Positions 47,801 through 56,270 are shown, numbered from the stretch's first letter. The stretch is DNA of 64,000 nucleotides from an uncultured Verrucomicrobiae bacterium (GCA_963836755.1 CAWIKF010000001.1:448001-512000), one strand, 5' to 3'. Translations and numbers: made by a program. Notes: a model not told the origin generated them from the letters alone.

Positions 47801-49808
47801 GCGGGCTGGCCTGCCCGCCTGCGTCAAGAACGTCCTTCGTCGCCCCACCACCCCAGGTAGCAGTATGAATCAGAAGACGGATCTTGCCAGTTTGCACGGG
47901 ACTGAAGGCGTGCTGGAAAATCCAGCGGTCGCTAAAGAAGCTATCCACGGTTGACCGTGCGGCGGCAGTATAGACCTTCCAGGTCTTTGTGGGCTCCTGC
48001 ACGTGCTCTATGGTTACCCACTGTCCGTTACTGTCATACTGCAGTTCGTAATCGACCAGCGTGCCGGAGACCTGCCAGGGAGGCGTCGCGAATACTACTA
48101 CGTGGTCAATTGTCTGGACCGAGGGGAATCGTATCTCGACGGTTGCGGGAAATTTAAGCGTCGAATCATTCCATGGGGAGTCAGCGCTGGTTTGGCCCCA
48201 ATACCAAGTCTCGAAAATTCCGTTCGTCAGGGCGGTAAAACCATCTGCAATTCCAGAGGAGGAAGCAGCGACTACACCAGGCTGAAGCGCAAGATTTGGT
48301 CCCCAGTTAACCGGAACGACGTTGATAGTTTGTCCGGGTGCCAACTCTACGTAAACAGGGAGCTCGGGAACTGGAATAGTCACGCGACCAGCTGTAACAG
48401 GTATGTCGTATTCAAGGCCGAACGAAGTCACGTAATGAATCGAGCTTCCGCCGTTAACAGCGAGATCGACATGGCCATCGGTGCTGCCTCCACTCATGAA
48501 GGCGGCGACAGATTTTCCGGGGCCGCTGAATAAGCTTCCCAAGTAAAGCTCATCTCCCGAATTGCCGAACGTATAAGCTTTAGCAAATTTGGTGCCGTAA
48601 AGTTCTTCCGACCATACGCGCATCAAGGCGGGAGCAGGCATGAGACTCGAATCATCATTTTCCCACCACATCGGCTCATCCCAATATCCACGGCTCTTGT
48701 CATACCAGAGATGATTGTGCTCCTTCGGTATCCCGTATTGCTCAAAAATCATCATCTGCAGCATCGTCCACCTGCCTTGTAGTCTCGGCTGAAAGGAACC
48801 ATAGACTGCAGCCATGTAACCTTGCTCCGTCTGCCATTGTTCTATGCCGCCAAGGTTATAGCGCTGAAGCAATACGTTGAGTTGTTCCAGCGAGTGGATG
48901 CAAAGAAAAGGATCGCCGTTGACGTTGTTGTAGGCGTGGAAAGAAAAGACATCGATGTAGCTGCCACCACCAGCTTTCAGGAAGTCCTCGATCCATCCCA
49001 ATCCGTAAGGTCCAATAGTCACGATTCCGGGTCCGACAACCTTTAGGCTCGGATCAGCGCTTTTCACCGTCTGGTAGAAGGTCTTCATCTCATTGACGAA
49101 GTCGCCCCCGCTATAGGTGAAGTTCGGCTCGTTGCGGGGCTCGAAATATTTGACGTCGTTTTTGAACGTATTCACCACCTTCGTCACACCCGCGACATTG
49201 GAAGTGCCGTTCGGGAAAGCGATGAGAAGGCTGCGGCTGCGCAATGGGTCGTAAGGCAGATACATTTGCTTATCCACCGCGATCTCCTGCTGCAATCGCG
49301 CGATGTCCGCATCGGGATTGGACGCATCGAGGACGTAGTGCCGCTGCGGGCCCATGCCAGTCACGCCACGCATCGCTTCATCGTCTACGAATTGAGAAGC
49401 GTTCGGATCGACTTGCGGCAGTGGAGGGAAGCCGGCCTTGTTGCGGAAGATCACGAACATCGTTCCACCGACGCTCTGCCCCCACGGCGCTCCCTGGTCG
49501 GTAGTGCCATAAACGTAGACTTTATACCAACCGGGATTGGTCACATTTACGGTGAAGGTCTTTCCTTGGAGATTATTTTGATCTACGAGCGTGCCGTAGT
49601 AGTCGCGCACTTCGTAGCGAGCCGCAGCGGCGCTCAGTTTGAGCACAACGGGTTCGCCAACATAGAAGACGTTGCTCCGTTTATCCGAGCCGACCGAAAT
49701 GGCTCCCGGTGGAAGGTTCAGGCTAAAGCCTGCATTCGCGCGTGGAGTGCACGCAGCGATGAAACCAAGCGCAAGCACTAATGCGCGAATTGTTTTTGAG
49801 ATAGACAT
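44853..49808 (-). CDS. Large secreted multidomain protein: GH-A-clan-like domain, discoidin-like domain, Ig-like, PA14, Ig-like, three C-terminal repeats
   Basis: Signal peptide (RANA|G); RNEPN and WQTEQG; LREIEIY; two ASASDxDGxIxxVEF-type Ig-like modules; GTGLTGQYF...FAARWTG...SDDG...EYFEQTGGA (PA14); three ~170-aa repeats. Confidence 0.88.
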   Translation of the reverse strand: MSISKTIRALVLALGFIAACTPRANAGFSLNLPPGAISVGSDKRSNVFYVGEPVVLKLSAAAARYEVRDYYGTLVDQNNLQGKTFTVNVTNPGWYKVYVYGTTDQGAPWGQSVGGTMFVIFRNKAGFPPLPQVDPNASQFVDDEAMRGVTGMGPQRHYVLDASNPDADIARLQQEIAVDKQMYLPYDPLRSRSLLIAFPNGTSNVAGVTKVVNTFKNDVKYFEPRNEPNFTYSGGDFVNEMKTFYQTVKSADPSLKVVGPGIVTIGPYGLGWIEDFLKAGGGSYIDVFSFHAYNNVNGDPFLCIHSLEQLNVLLQRYNLGGIEQWQTEQGYMAAVYGSFQPRLQGRWTMLQMMIFEQYGIPKEHNHLWYDKSRGYWDEPMWWENDDSSLMPAPALMRVWSEELYGTKFAKAYTFGNSGDELYLGSLFSGPGKSVAAFMSGGSTDGHVDLAVNGGSSIHYVTSFGLEYDIPVTAGRVTIPVPELPVYVELAPGQTINVVPVNWGPNLALQPGVVAASSSGIADGFTALTNGIFETWYWGQTSADSPWNDSTLKFPATVEIRFPSVQTIDHVVVFATPPWQVSGTLVDYELQYDSNGQWVTIEHVQEPTKTWKVYTAAARSTVDSFFSDRWIFQHAFSPVQTGKIRLLIHTATWGGGATKDVLDAGGQASPPYISLREIEIYNASLVTSTNSTTGANIPPVVSINAPSNNSIYSSPANITLSASALDFDGSISKVEFFANGSKLGEVATAPYNLAWNNVPPGFYVVTSKATDNGGATATSSQTNATVGVSGNVTGPVFGSGTGLTGQYFASVDFSSLKVTRLDPSLNFDWGLGSPDPSIPSDYFAARWTGKIEPQYSETYTFFTQSDDGCRVWINGQLIIDKWVPNNATEFTSVPIALQAGQPYDIKVEYFEQTGGAAMKLLWSSASQSKAIIPSAQLYPAQSAQQPSAVGTNVAPTVSLSPASATDSLIAPANISLSASASDSDGTIAQVEFYAGTYKLGVVTSAPYTFSWTNVAAGTYSLTAKAYDNSGASTTSNPITVAVGFGPTGNAATYVNSDTTTKGNWKGSYGPDGFALSGDKTSYPSYASVAITGSSNYTWFSSTTDARALVKATSNDRVASSWYSLGTKVGNNLVVDVNLTDGKSHSVALYAIDWDSFAGPRSEKIEVLDTTSGVVLDARTLSNFQSGQYLIWNVTGHVQIRITNLLAGSNALLNGIFFAPVNVTTADSSAANTTTSSGSSGPSGTSSTVIGGSSTSTTSSSDGPTTSSSSGSNTTVPANPPVTATPPQTVNGNAAVFLNTDTGTQGSWKGLYGADGFSLSGDKTAYPSYATVGITGSLNYTWLSSTADPRALMKGASSDRVASCWYSSGMKVGNNFLMDVNLTDGQSHSVALYAVDWDSFAGARSEKVEILDATSGAVLDTRTISNFRAGQYLLWNLTGHTQIRITNLLNGSNALVNGLFFGPASSISSSTLNGSTAVYLNTDTGTQGNWKGAYGADGFSLSGDKTAYPSYATVALSGNLNYTWLSSTSDPRAPMKGASNDRLASCWYSSETKVGNNFVMDVNLTDGQSHSVALYAVDWDSFAGARSEKVEILDATSGTVLDTRTILNFQTGQYLLWNLTGHIQIRITNLLNGSNAVVNGLFFGPASGASNSH
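44881..46670 (-). repeat. Three ~515-bp direct repeats (about 44881-45399, 45427-45945, 46156-46670) encoding the C-terminal domains
   Basis: Near-identical DNA between the first two copies (e.g. ctccactttctcggagcgtgcccctgcaaaactatcccagtcgactgcata occurs twice, period 546 bp); the third copy is more diverged. Confidence 0.95.
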
Positions 49809-49857
49809 GCCAGCAAGAGTTTGAGTTGTGCCCTGACACTTTGGGCACTGTCTTTAC

Positions 49858-49874
49858 ACCAAGTTCCGTGCCGA
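49858..49874 (-). promoter_or_regulatory. Sigma54-like -24/-12 element (imperfect) upstream of the large secreted protein
   Basis: TCGGCACGGAACTTGGT versus consensus TGGCACG-N4-TTGC; spacing correct but GG instead of GC at -12; 50 nt upstream of ATG. Confidence 0.3.
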
Positions 49875-49946
49875 CGCGCATGATTTTTATAAAAAACATT
49901 CGCCTCTATCCAAAAGCTCCAAACTCAGATATTTAGAGCCGCTTCA

Positions 49947-51149
49947 ATGGCCATGAGTTCCATAGATATTCCGAGACGCGTGGCGATCATTCACGATTGG
50001 CTACCGCTCTATGGTGGCGCTGAGAGGGTGCTGGAGCAGATCATCCAGATCTTTCCGGAGGCGGATTTGTTCAGCATGGTCGATTTCATACCGGCGGGAG
50101 AGCGCGGCTTTCTTCAGGACAAGCCGGTGCGGACTTCTTTCATCCAGAAGCTGCCGTTTGTGAAGAAGATCTATCGGAGCTATCTGCCGCTCATGCCGCT
50201 CGCAGTGGAGCAGTTCGATATGGCTGGGTATGATCTTGTCATTTCCAGCAGCTACGCGGTGGCGAAGGGCGTTATTACCGGACCAAACCAATTGCACATT
50301 TGCTATTGCCATTCGCCGATCCGCTATGCATGGGATTTGCAGCATCAGTATGTGCATGAGCGCGGTTTTCTCGGAAAAGTGCGCGCTTGGGTGCAGCGGG
50401 CGCTGCTCCATTATGTGCGGATGTGGGATTTGCGGACCGCACACGGCGTCGATTATTTCGTTGCGAATTCTGCTTTCGTCGCGCGGCGAATCTCGAAGGT
50501 TTACGGGCGCCGAGCAACGGTCATTCATCCGCCGGTTGAGACGAAGGCGTTCAAGTTAAACGAAGGGAAGCGTGAGAACTTTTACCTCACCGCTTCGCGG
50601 ATGGTGCCTTACAAAAAGGTCGATTTGATCGTAAGGGCGTTCAATGCGATGCCGGAAAAGAAATTGCTGGTGATTGGCGACGGTCCGGAGTTTCAAAAAG
50701 TGAAAGCGCTCGCCGGGGGCAACATCACGTTGCTCGGGCGTCAAAGTTTCGATGCGCTCGCAAACTACATGGAGCGCGCTCGGGCATTTATCTTCGCCGC
50801 TGAGGAGGATTTCGGAATCATGCCGCTGGAAGCGCAGGCCTGCGGCACACCAGTCATTGCGCTCGGCAGAGGCGGCGCGAAAGAAACAATCATCGACTCG
50901 AAGACCGGCCTCTTTTTTCCGGAACAAACGCCTAACAGTCTTTGCGCCGCGGTCGAAAAGTTCGAAGCGATGTCCGATCAATTTGTCCCGGCGGAATTGC
51001 GCCGGCACGCAGAACGATTTTCGATCGTCGAGTTTCGGAACAGGTTTGCCAACTTTGTTGCCGACCGATGGAATCGATTCAGAACTGAAATGGACGCACC
51101 GGTTTCGCGCGAAAGCGCAGTGCCTTTTGCCGACGAACCCGCGCCTTAA
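49947..51149 (+). CDS. Glycosyltransferase family 4 (WbaZ-like mannosyltransferase)
   Basis: HDWL..GGAERV, CHSPIRYAWD, SRMVPYKK, EEDFGIMPLEAQACG. Confidence 0.94.
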   Translation: MAMSSIDIPRRVAIIHDWLPLYGGAERVLEQIIQIFPEADLFSMVDFIPAGERGFLQDKPVRTSFIQKLPFVKKIYRSYLPLMPLAVEQFDMAGYDLVISSSYAVAKGVITGPNQLHICYCHSPIRYAWDLQHQYVHERGFLGKVRAWVQRALLHYVRMWDLRTAHGVDYFVANSAFVARRISKVYGRRATVIHPPVETKAFKLNEGKRENFYLTASRMVPYKKVDLIVRAFNAMPEKKLLVIGDGPEFQKVKALAGGNITLLGRQSFDALANYMERARAFIFAAEEDFGIMPLEAQACGTPVIALGRGGAKETIIDSKTGLFFPEQTPNSLCAAVEKFEAMSDQFVPAELRRHAERFSIVEFRNRFANFVADRWNRFRTEMDAPVSRESAVPFADEPAP

Positions 51150-51198
51150 CGCGAAGCTTTGAACATTCCGCGGCGGTCTGCCGAACTCCCGCCGTCGC

Positions 51199-52743
51199 TC
51201 AATACGCCGACTTCGGCGGTGCGATCATCTGCCACGCGGTCTTGATGATGATGACCCAATCCATCAGCGGTGACCAGTGTTCCAGGTAGTAAAGGTCGGA
51301 GTGAATGCGGTCGATGAGATCTTTCTCCTGACGCGCTTCGCCGCGGAGCCCACGGACTTGCGCGAGACCGGTGATGCCGGGCTTGATGAAGCTGCGGACG
51401 CGGTAAAAGTTTGCGATTTCGCCAAAGAGCAGATCGTGGTCGACGAAGTGTGGCCGCGGCCCAACGATGCTCATTTCTCCGCGAAGCACGTTGATGAATT
51501 GCGGAAGCTCATCGAGGCTCAGCTTGCGGAGCCATTTGCCGATGCCGAAAACGCGCGGGTCATTTTCCACGGCCTGCTTCGCTTCATCCTGAACGTTGAC
51601 GTGCATCGTGCGGAGTTTGAAAATCAGAAAACGACGATTGTATTTGCCAGTCCGAAGCTGGCGGAAAAAGAGCGGACCCGGCGATTGGGAGCGCTGGAAA
51701 AGCCACGTCATCGCGCAGATAGGCGGAAGCACGAAGAGGACGACGGGCAGGGAAACCGCGACGTCGAGCCCGCGTTTCAGGATGCGGCCGAGCGGACATT
51801 CGAGCGGTTCCTGACGGAAACCGATGAATTGAATTCCGTCATCCTCGAAAAATGAGATCGTGCGGTGCAATTTGTCTTCGAGGTCATTGACAATGAGGAG
51901 ACGCACGCCCGCTTTGTCGCAGAGGTCGCCCAACTCCGCGATTTGCACCGGGGACAAAGGCAGATCGACGACGATCAACTGCGTGGCATCGCTTGATTGC
52001 AGGATTTGCGTGATATCGCGGAAATTCCCCAGCACTGGCAGATCGCAATTTTCGTCGTGCTTTGCTTCGTCCGTAATCAGACCGACAGGCTGGAACCCGT
52101 AAATCGCTTTGCGTTCCAGCCACGGCTTCAATTTCACGGCGTTTGAACTGGAGCCGAGCAGCAAGGTATTAGTCCGATGCCATCCGCTAAAAAGCCGCTC
52201 GGCGAGCCGCCGTGGAAAGGTCGCGTTCGTAGCGAGCAACAATAAGTAAGTCGCCGGTGCAAACGTGAACAGGAACAATCGCGACATCACCATGTCCTTG
52301 GCAGCGACCAAGAAAATCAACAGCGTCCCGAGGATGATGCAGGTCTGGCGCAGGCTGATGCTGTGATTGCGAATGATATCCAAATGCAAGAGGTTCTTCC
52401 GGCGCAGGTTCGTCTGGCCGAGATCGACGAGCGAGGCCGCCACGAGCACGAGCGAATAGATCGCGTATTGGCGCTTCATGAAGGCCGCTTCGTGGAGCCA
52501 GCAAAAATCGAGCGCCACCCAAATCCAAAACAGCATCAGCAAGCATGCCGTCTGCGCAAGCCAATGCATCAACGTAAGCCCGCGAACACGATTGGAAATC
52601 ATATCGACGATCCCTCGTTTCGAATTCGTCCCGAACAGCCACTTGTCACCACGTTCTTTTTCATTCCGCTGAGCATCATAGTTCGCTGGGTGCATCTCGG
52701 CTATTGGTTCACTACTGATAATGGTGTAGGCCGCCGGATTCAC
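51199..52743 (-). CDS. wcaJ: Undecaprenyl-phosphate sugar phosphotransferase (priming GT, WcaJ/GumD family)
   Basis: N-terminal TMs, KRGLD, KLRTM, RKLSLDELPQFINVLRGEMSIVGPRP, KPGITGLAQV; start may lie slightly downstream. Confidence 0.93.
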   Translation of the reverse strand: MNPAAYTIISSEPIAEMHPANYDAQRNEKERGDKWLFGTNSKRGIVDMISNRVRGLTLMHWLAQTACLLMLFWIWVALDFCWLHEAAFMKRQYAIYSLVLVAASLVDLGQTNLRRKNLLHLDIIRNHSISLRQTCIILGTLLIFLVAAKDMVMSRLFLFTFAPATYLLLLATNATFPRRLAERLFSGWHRTNTLLLGSSSNAVKLKPWLERKAIYGFQPVGLITDEAKHDENCDLPVLGNFRDITQILQSSDATQLIVVDLPLSPVQIAELGDLCDKAGVRLLIVNDLEDKLHRTISFFEDDGIQFIGFRQEPLECPLGRILKRGLDVAVSLPVVLFVLPPICAMTWLFQRSQSPGPLFFRQLRTGKYNRRFLIFKLRTMHVNVQDEAKQAVENDPRVFGIGKWLRKLSLDELPQFINVLRGEMSIVGPRPHFVDHDLLFGEIANFYRVRSFIKPGITGLAQVRGLRGEARQEKDLIDRIHSDLYYLEHWSPLMDWVIIIKTAWQMIAPPKSAY

Positions 52744-52844
52744 TGCGGTGTAGATGATTGTCTGACAAAACCCTTCCGTTTTCGAGCAATTCCGTGCATA
52801 CTCGTGGTTTGCACTGCTAAAAATTATAAAATTGGCTGGGGATT

Positions 52845-55151
52845 ATGGAACCAACGTTAAATATCGAGGGTGCTTTGCAGGAAAAGATAGAAAGCGCGTC
52901 AGATTCCGCCTTTCGGAATCTGATGGGCTCCTTGCGTGACGAAGAAGCGTATGAGGATTTCTTTGAGCACGCGGTCGAGGGATTTTTCCAGACCACTCCG
53001 GAAGGGCGCTATCTCCGCGCAAATCCAGCGCTGGCGCGGATTTACGGCTACGAATCGGTGCAGGAGTTGATGTCGGCGATGACGAATCTAAACCTGCAGC
53101 TCTACGTTGATCCGCATCGTCGCAAGGAGTTTTCCCGATGCATGCAGGAAGCGGGTGAAGTCATCGATTTCGAATCGCAGGCGTTCCGGCGTGATCGGAG
53201 TGTGATCTGGATTTCGGAAAACGCGCGCCTCGTTCGTGACGAAGCGGGCGAGCCTATCTTATATGAAGGCACGGTGCAGGACATCACGGCTCGCAAAAAA
53301 GCCGAGGAGGCCTTGCGCGCTTCAGAGATGACATGGCGCTGCCTCGTGGAAAACTCCGGCGATCTCATCTTCGTGGCCGATGACAAAGGCAAGGTTTTCT
53401 TTAGCAATCGCGTGGAGTCGGAAAATTCGCACGGACCCATCTATGCCGACATGCAGGACTTCGTATCGCCGGAAAGTCGTCAGGCACTGCGGGATGTAAC
53501 GGAGCGGGTTTTTAACACGGGCACAATTGAGCACTTCGAGCTCGAGGAGCATTCTGGCGGCCAAAAAAGCTGGTATGAAAGCCGTGCGATCCCGATCGAA
53601 ATTGATGACGAGGTGCGCGGGGTTTTGATCATCGGCACGGAGACGACCGATCAAAGAAAACGCGAAGATGAACTCCGCTCGAGCCAGCGCTTTATCGAGC
53701 GCGTCGCGCACGCATCGCCAAATATCATCTACGTCTACGATCTCACTCAGCATCGCTACATTTACGCCAACGAGCGGCTGCTGAAGGTGCTCGGCTACAG
53801 AGTCGGCGAAGTGTTTGAGATGGGATCTGATTTTCTGAAAAAGTTCAGCCATCCTGAGGATGCGTCGCTGCTTGAGGAGCGTTTTAAAAAACTTTTCGAA
53901 GCCCGCGACGACGAAGTTTTCGAATCGGAATTCCGCCTGCGCCATCGCAACGGCGATTGGCGTTGGATCAATGCACGCGAGACGATTTTCACGCGCACGA
54001 GCAGCGGCCGGCCGGATTGCGTCATCGGCACGGCGCAGGATGTCACCGAGCGGCGGCGCACCGAGAGTGCGCTTTTGCAAAGCGAGGAACGTTTCAGAAA
54101 ATTGGTCGAGGGCGTCAACATCGTCCCGTGGGAGAGGGGAGTCAGCGGCAATCGGTTCACCTACGTCGGCCCTCAAGCGGTGAAACTTCTCGGCCATCCC
54201 GTGGACGATTGGTATGCCGCGACTTTTTGGATCGATCATGTGCATCCCGAAGACCGCGCGCGCGCAGAGCACTTCTGGAATCAAGATCTCCCCGCCGATG
54301 TCAGCGACTTCGAGGTGGAATATCGGATGATTGCCGCGGATGGACGAACGGTCTGGGTGCGCGACATCGTCCACGTTTCGCATTTGGAGAACGACATCCG
54401 GGTATTCCACGGGTTCATTCGCGACATCACCGAACAGCAGCGGGCAAAGGAGGAAATCGCAAAATCGCAGCAACAACTCCGCGCACTGTCAGCGTTGCTT
54501 CAGTCCGCGCGCGAGGAGGAGCGAATCCACAACGCACGGGAAATTCACGACGAGCTCGGCGGCGCGCTCACATCACTAAAAATGGATCTTTCGCGCATCG
54601 AAACGGCGATTCCCACTCTTGCGCAGGATGCCGCGAATCCTGTCACAGAGCGGTTCCGCTCAATGTCGCGCTTGATTGATCGCACGATTGAAACCGTCCG
54701 TAAAATCGCGACCGAGCTTCGCCCGCCGGTGCTGGACGCCTTTGGCCTCACCGCCGCGATCGAATGGCAGGCCACTGAATTCCAAAAGCGTTACGGCATT
54801 CGTTGCGAGCTAATTGGCCGCTGGAAATCTGCGGTGCGCGATCAGGATTTATCGACCGCAATTTTCCGCATTTTTCAGGAAGCGCTCACGAACATTGCGC
54901 GGCATTCCGGTGCGACCAAAGTCGCGATCGAGATGGACCAGACCGATGGGAATTTGTTGCTGACCGTGCGCGACAATGGCCGCGGCATCACGGAAGGCGA
55001 GAGCCGCGACTCCCTCGGCCTGCTCGGAATCCGCGAGCGCGCGTTGATGTTCGGCGGCGAAATCGGCGTCCACGGCGTCGCCGGAAAAGGCACCACCATC
55101 ACGATGAGCATGCCCGCGGATACGGAGCAACGTTTGGAAAATCATTGGTAG
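52845..55151 (+). CDS. Cytoplasmic multi-PAS sensor histidine kinase (HisKA_3, NarX/UhpB type)
   Basis: Four PAS/PAC modules (..DIT/DVTER.. ends), AREIHDELG H-box, QEALTNIARH, DNGRG, GLLGIRER; no TM. Confidence 0.95.
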   Translation: MEPTLNIEGALQEKIESASDSAFRNLMGSLRDEEAYEDFFEHAVEGFFQTTPEGRYLRANPALARIYGYESVQELMSAMTNLNLQLYVDPHRRKEFSRCMQEAGEVIDFESQAFRRDRSVIWISENARLVRDEAGEPILYEGTVQDITARKKAEEALRASEMTWRCLVENSGDLIFVADDKGKVFFSNRVESENSHGPIYADMQDFVSPESRQALRDVTERVFNTGTIEHFELEEHSGGQKSWYESRAIPIEIDDEVRGVLIIGTETTDQRKREDELRSSQRFIERVAHASPNIIYVYDLTQHRYIYANERLLKVLGYRVGEVFEMGSDFLKKFSHPEDASLLEERFKKLFEARDDEVFESEFRLRHRNGDWRWINARETIFTRTSSGRPDCVIGTAQDVTERRRTESALLQSEERFRKLVEGVNIVPWERGVSGNRFTYVGPQAVKLLGHPVDDWYAATFWIDHVHPEDRARAEHFWNQDLPADVSDFEVEYRMIAADGRTVWVRDIVHVSHLENDIRVFHGFIRDITEQQRAKEEIAKSQQQLRALSALLQSAREEERIHNAREIHDELGGALTSLKMDLSRIETAIPTLAQDAANPVTERFRSMSRLIDRTIETVRKIATELRPPVLDAFGLTAAIEWQATEFQKRYGIRCELIGRWKSAVRDQDLSTAIFRIFQEALTNIARHSGATKVAIEMDQTDGNLLLTVRDNGRGITEGESRDSLGLLGIRERALMFGGEIGVHGVAGKGTTITMSMPADTEQRLENHW

Positions 55152-55175
55152 TTTTGTCGCGGGAACTTTAAAAAA

Positions 55176-55904
55176 ATGTCGAAGGAATTTACGAAAGGCG
55201 CTCCGGTGCTGGCAAAAACCATCCCCGCCAAGCCGGAGAAAGTTGCGAGGCCGCTATTGAAAATCCTCGTCGTCGATGATCATCCGCTCGTGCGCCGCGG
55301 TTTGGTCGAGACGCTGCGCGATGAATTCACCGAGGCGGTGATCGGCGAAGCGTGCGACACGCAAAGCGGGCTCGACCTTTTTTGGAAGGAACCTTGGGAC
55401 GTGGTCGTGCTCGACGTTGCGATGCCTGGACGAAACGGTCTCGATTTCCTGAAGGAGGCAAAAAGCGAGCGCCCGAAAATTCCGATCCTGATTTTGAGCA
55501 CGCATTCGGAAGACCAGTTCGCGATCCGCGCGCTCAAGAGCGGCGCGTCGGGCTATTTGACGAAGGAAAGTGCCGGCCAGGAATTGGTCGCGGCGGTCAA
55601 ACGCATCCTCGCCGGGGGAAAGTATATCCGCAGTTCGCTGGCGGAAAAACTCGCGTCACATCTCGACGTCGACTCGAGCAAGCCGCTCCACCAGGCGCTT
55701 TCAGACCGCGAATATCAGGTGATGCGCATGATCGCGTTTGGACAAACGGTCAAGGAAATCGCGTGCGATTTATCACTCAGCGTGAAGACGGTCAGCACCT
55801 ACCGCACGCGCATTTTGAAAAAAATGCTGCTCAAAAATAATGCGGAGCTGATGCGCTACGCGGTCGAGCACGAGCTCGTCGATGTGCAAAAACGCGCGCA
55901 TTGA
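55176..55904 (+). CDS. NarL/LuxR-family response regulator
   Basis: VVDDHPLVR, LDVAMP, GYLTK, LSDREYQV, LSVKTVSTYRTRI. Confidence 0.96.
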   Translation: MSKEFTKGAPVLAKTIPAKPEKVARPLLKILVVDDHPLVRRGLVETLRDEFTEAVIGEACDTQSGLDLFWKEPWDVVVLDVAMPGRNGLDFLKEAKSERPKIPILILSTHSEDQFAIRALKSGASGYLTKESAGQELVAAVKRILAGGKYIRSSLAEKLASHLDVDSSKPLHQALSDREYQVMRMIAFGQTVKEIACDLSLSVKTVSTYRTRILKKMLLKNNAELMRYAVEHELVDVQKRAH

Positions 55905-55910
55905 TCGCGT

Positions 55911-56255
55911 TCACCGCTGCTCGCTCGGCGGCCGAAGGAATGAAAATTCCTCGCCGACTTTTTTCTCGTCGTAAAGAGTCTTGTCGACCCAGACCGTATA
56001 GCTTTTTTTCTCGGAGTCGGCATAAACTTCGAGCGTGTAACTTCCATCGAGCTTGCGCGAGCTCAGCCCGTCAGAGCCGACGGTTAGTTGTTCTTCGGGC
56101 TGCGGTTGAAAATGTTTCGCAGTGATTTTTCCGTTGAGCATGTTGCCCGGCGCATTGTTCGACATTGTTAAAATGCCAAGCCCGAGAAATGTGCCGCCGA
56201 TTCCGACCGCTCCGAGGATGATGAGTAAATTGCGCTTGAGATCGCCTTTGGACAT
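55911..56255 (-). CDS. Hypothetical single-TM protein
   Basis: N-terminal TM followed by a small beta-rich domain; follows the AI-2E gene co-directionally. Confidence 0.7.
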   Translation of the reverse strand: MSKGDLKRNLLIILGAVGIGGTFLGLGILTMSNNAPGNMLNGKITAKHFQPQPEEQLTVGSDGLSSRKLDGSYTLEVYADSEKKSYTVWVDKTLYDEKKVGEEFSFLRPPSEQR

Positions 56256-56270
56256 CGCAATTTTTTTTCG

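Noticed and set aside
51168..51198. GC hairpin between convergent GT4 and wcaJ as a terminator
   Set aside because: Short stem, large loop, no U-tract on either strand.
11877..52743. PEP-CTERM/exosortase system
   Set aside because: No exosortase gene and no PEP/VPDSG + TM + basic tail found on any ORF here.
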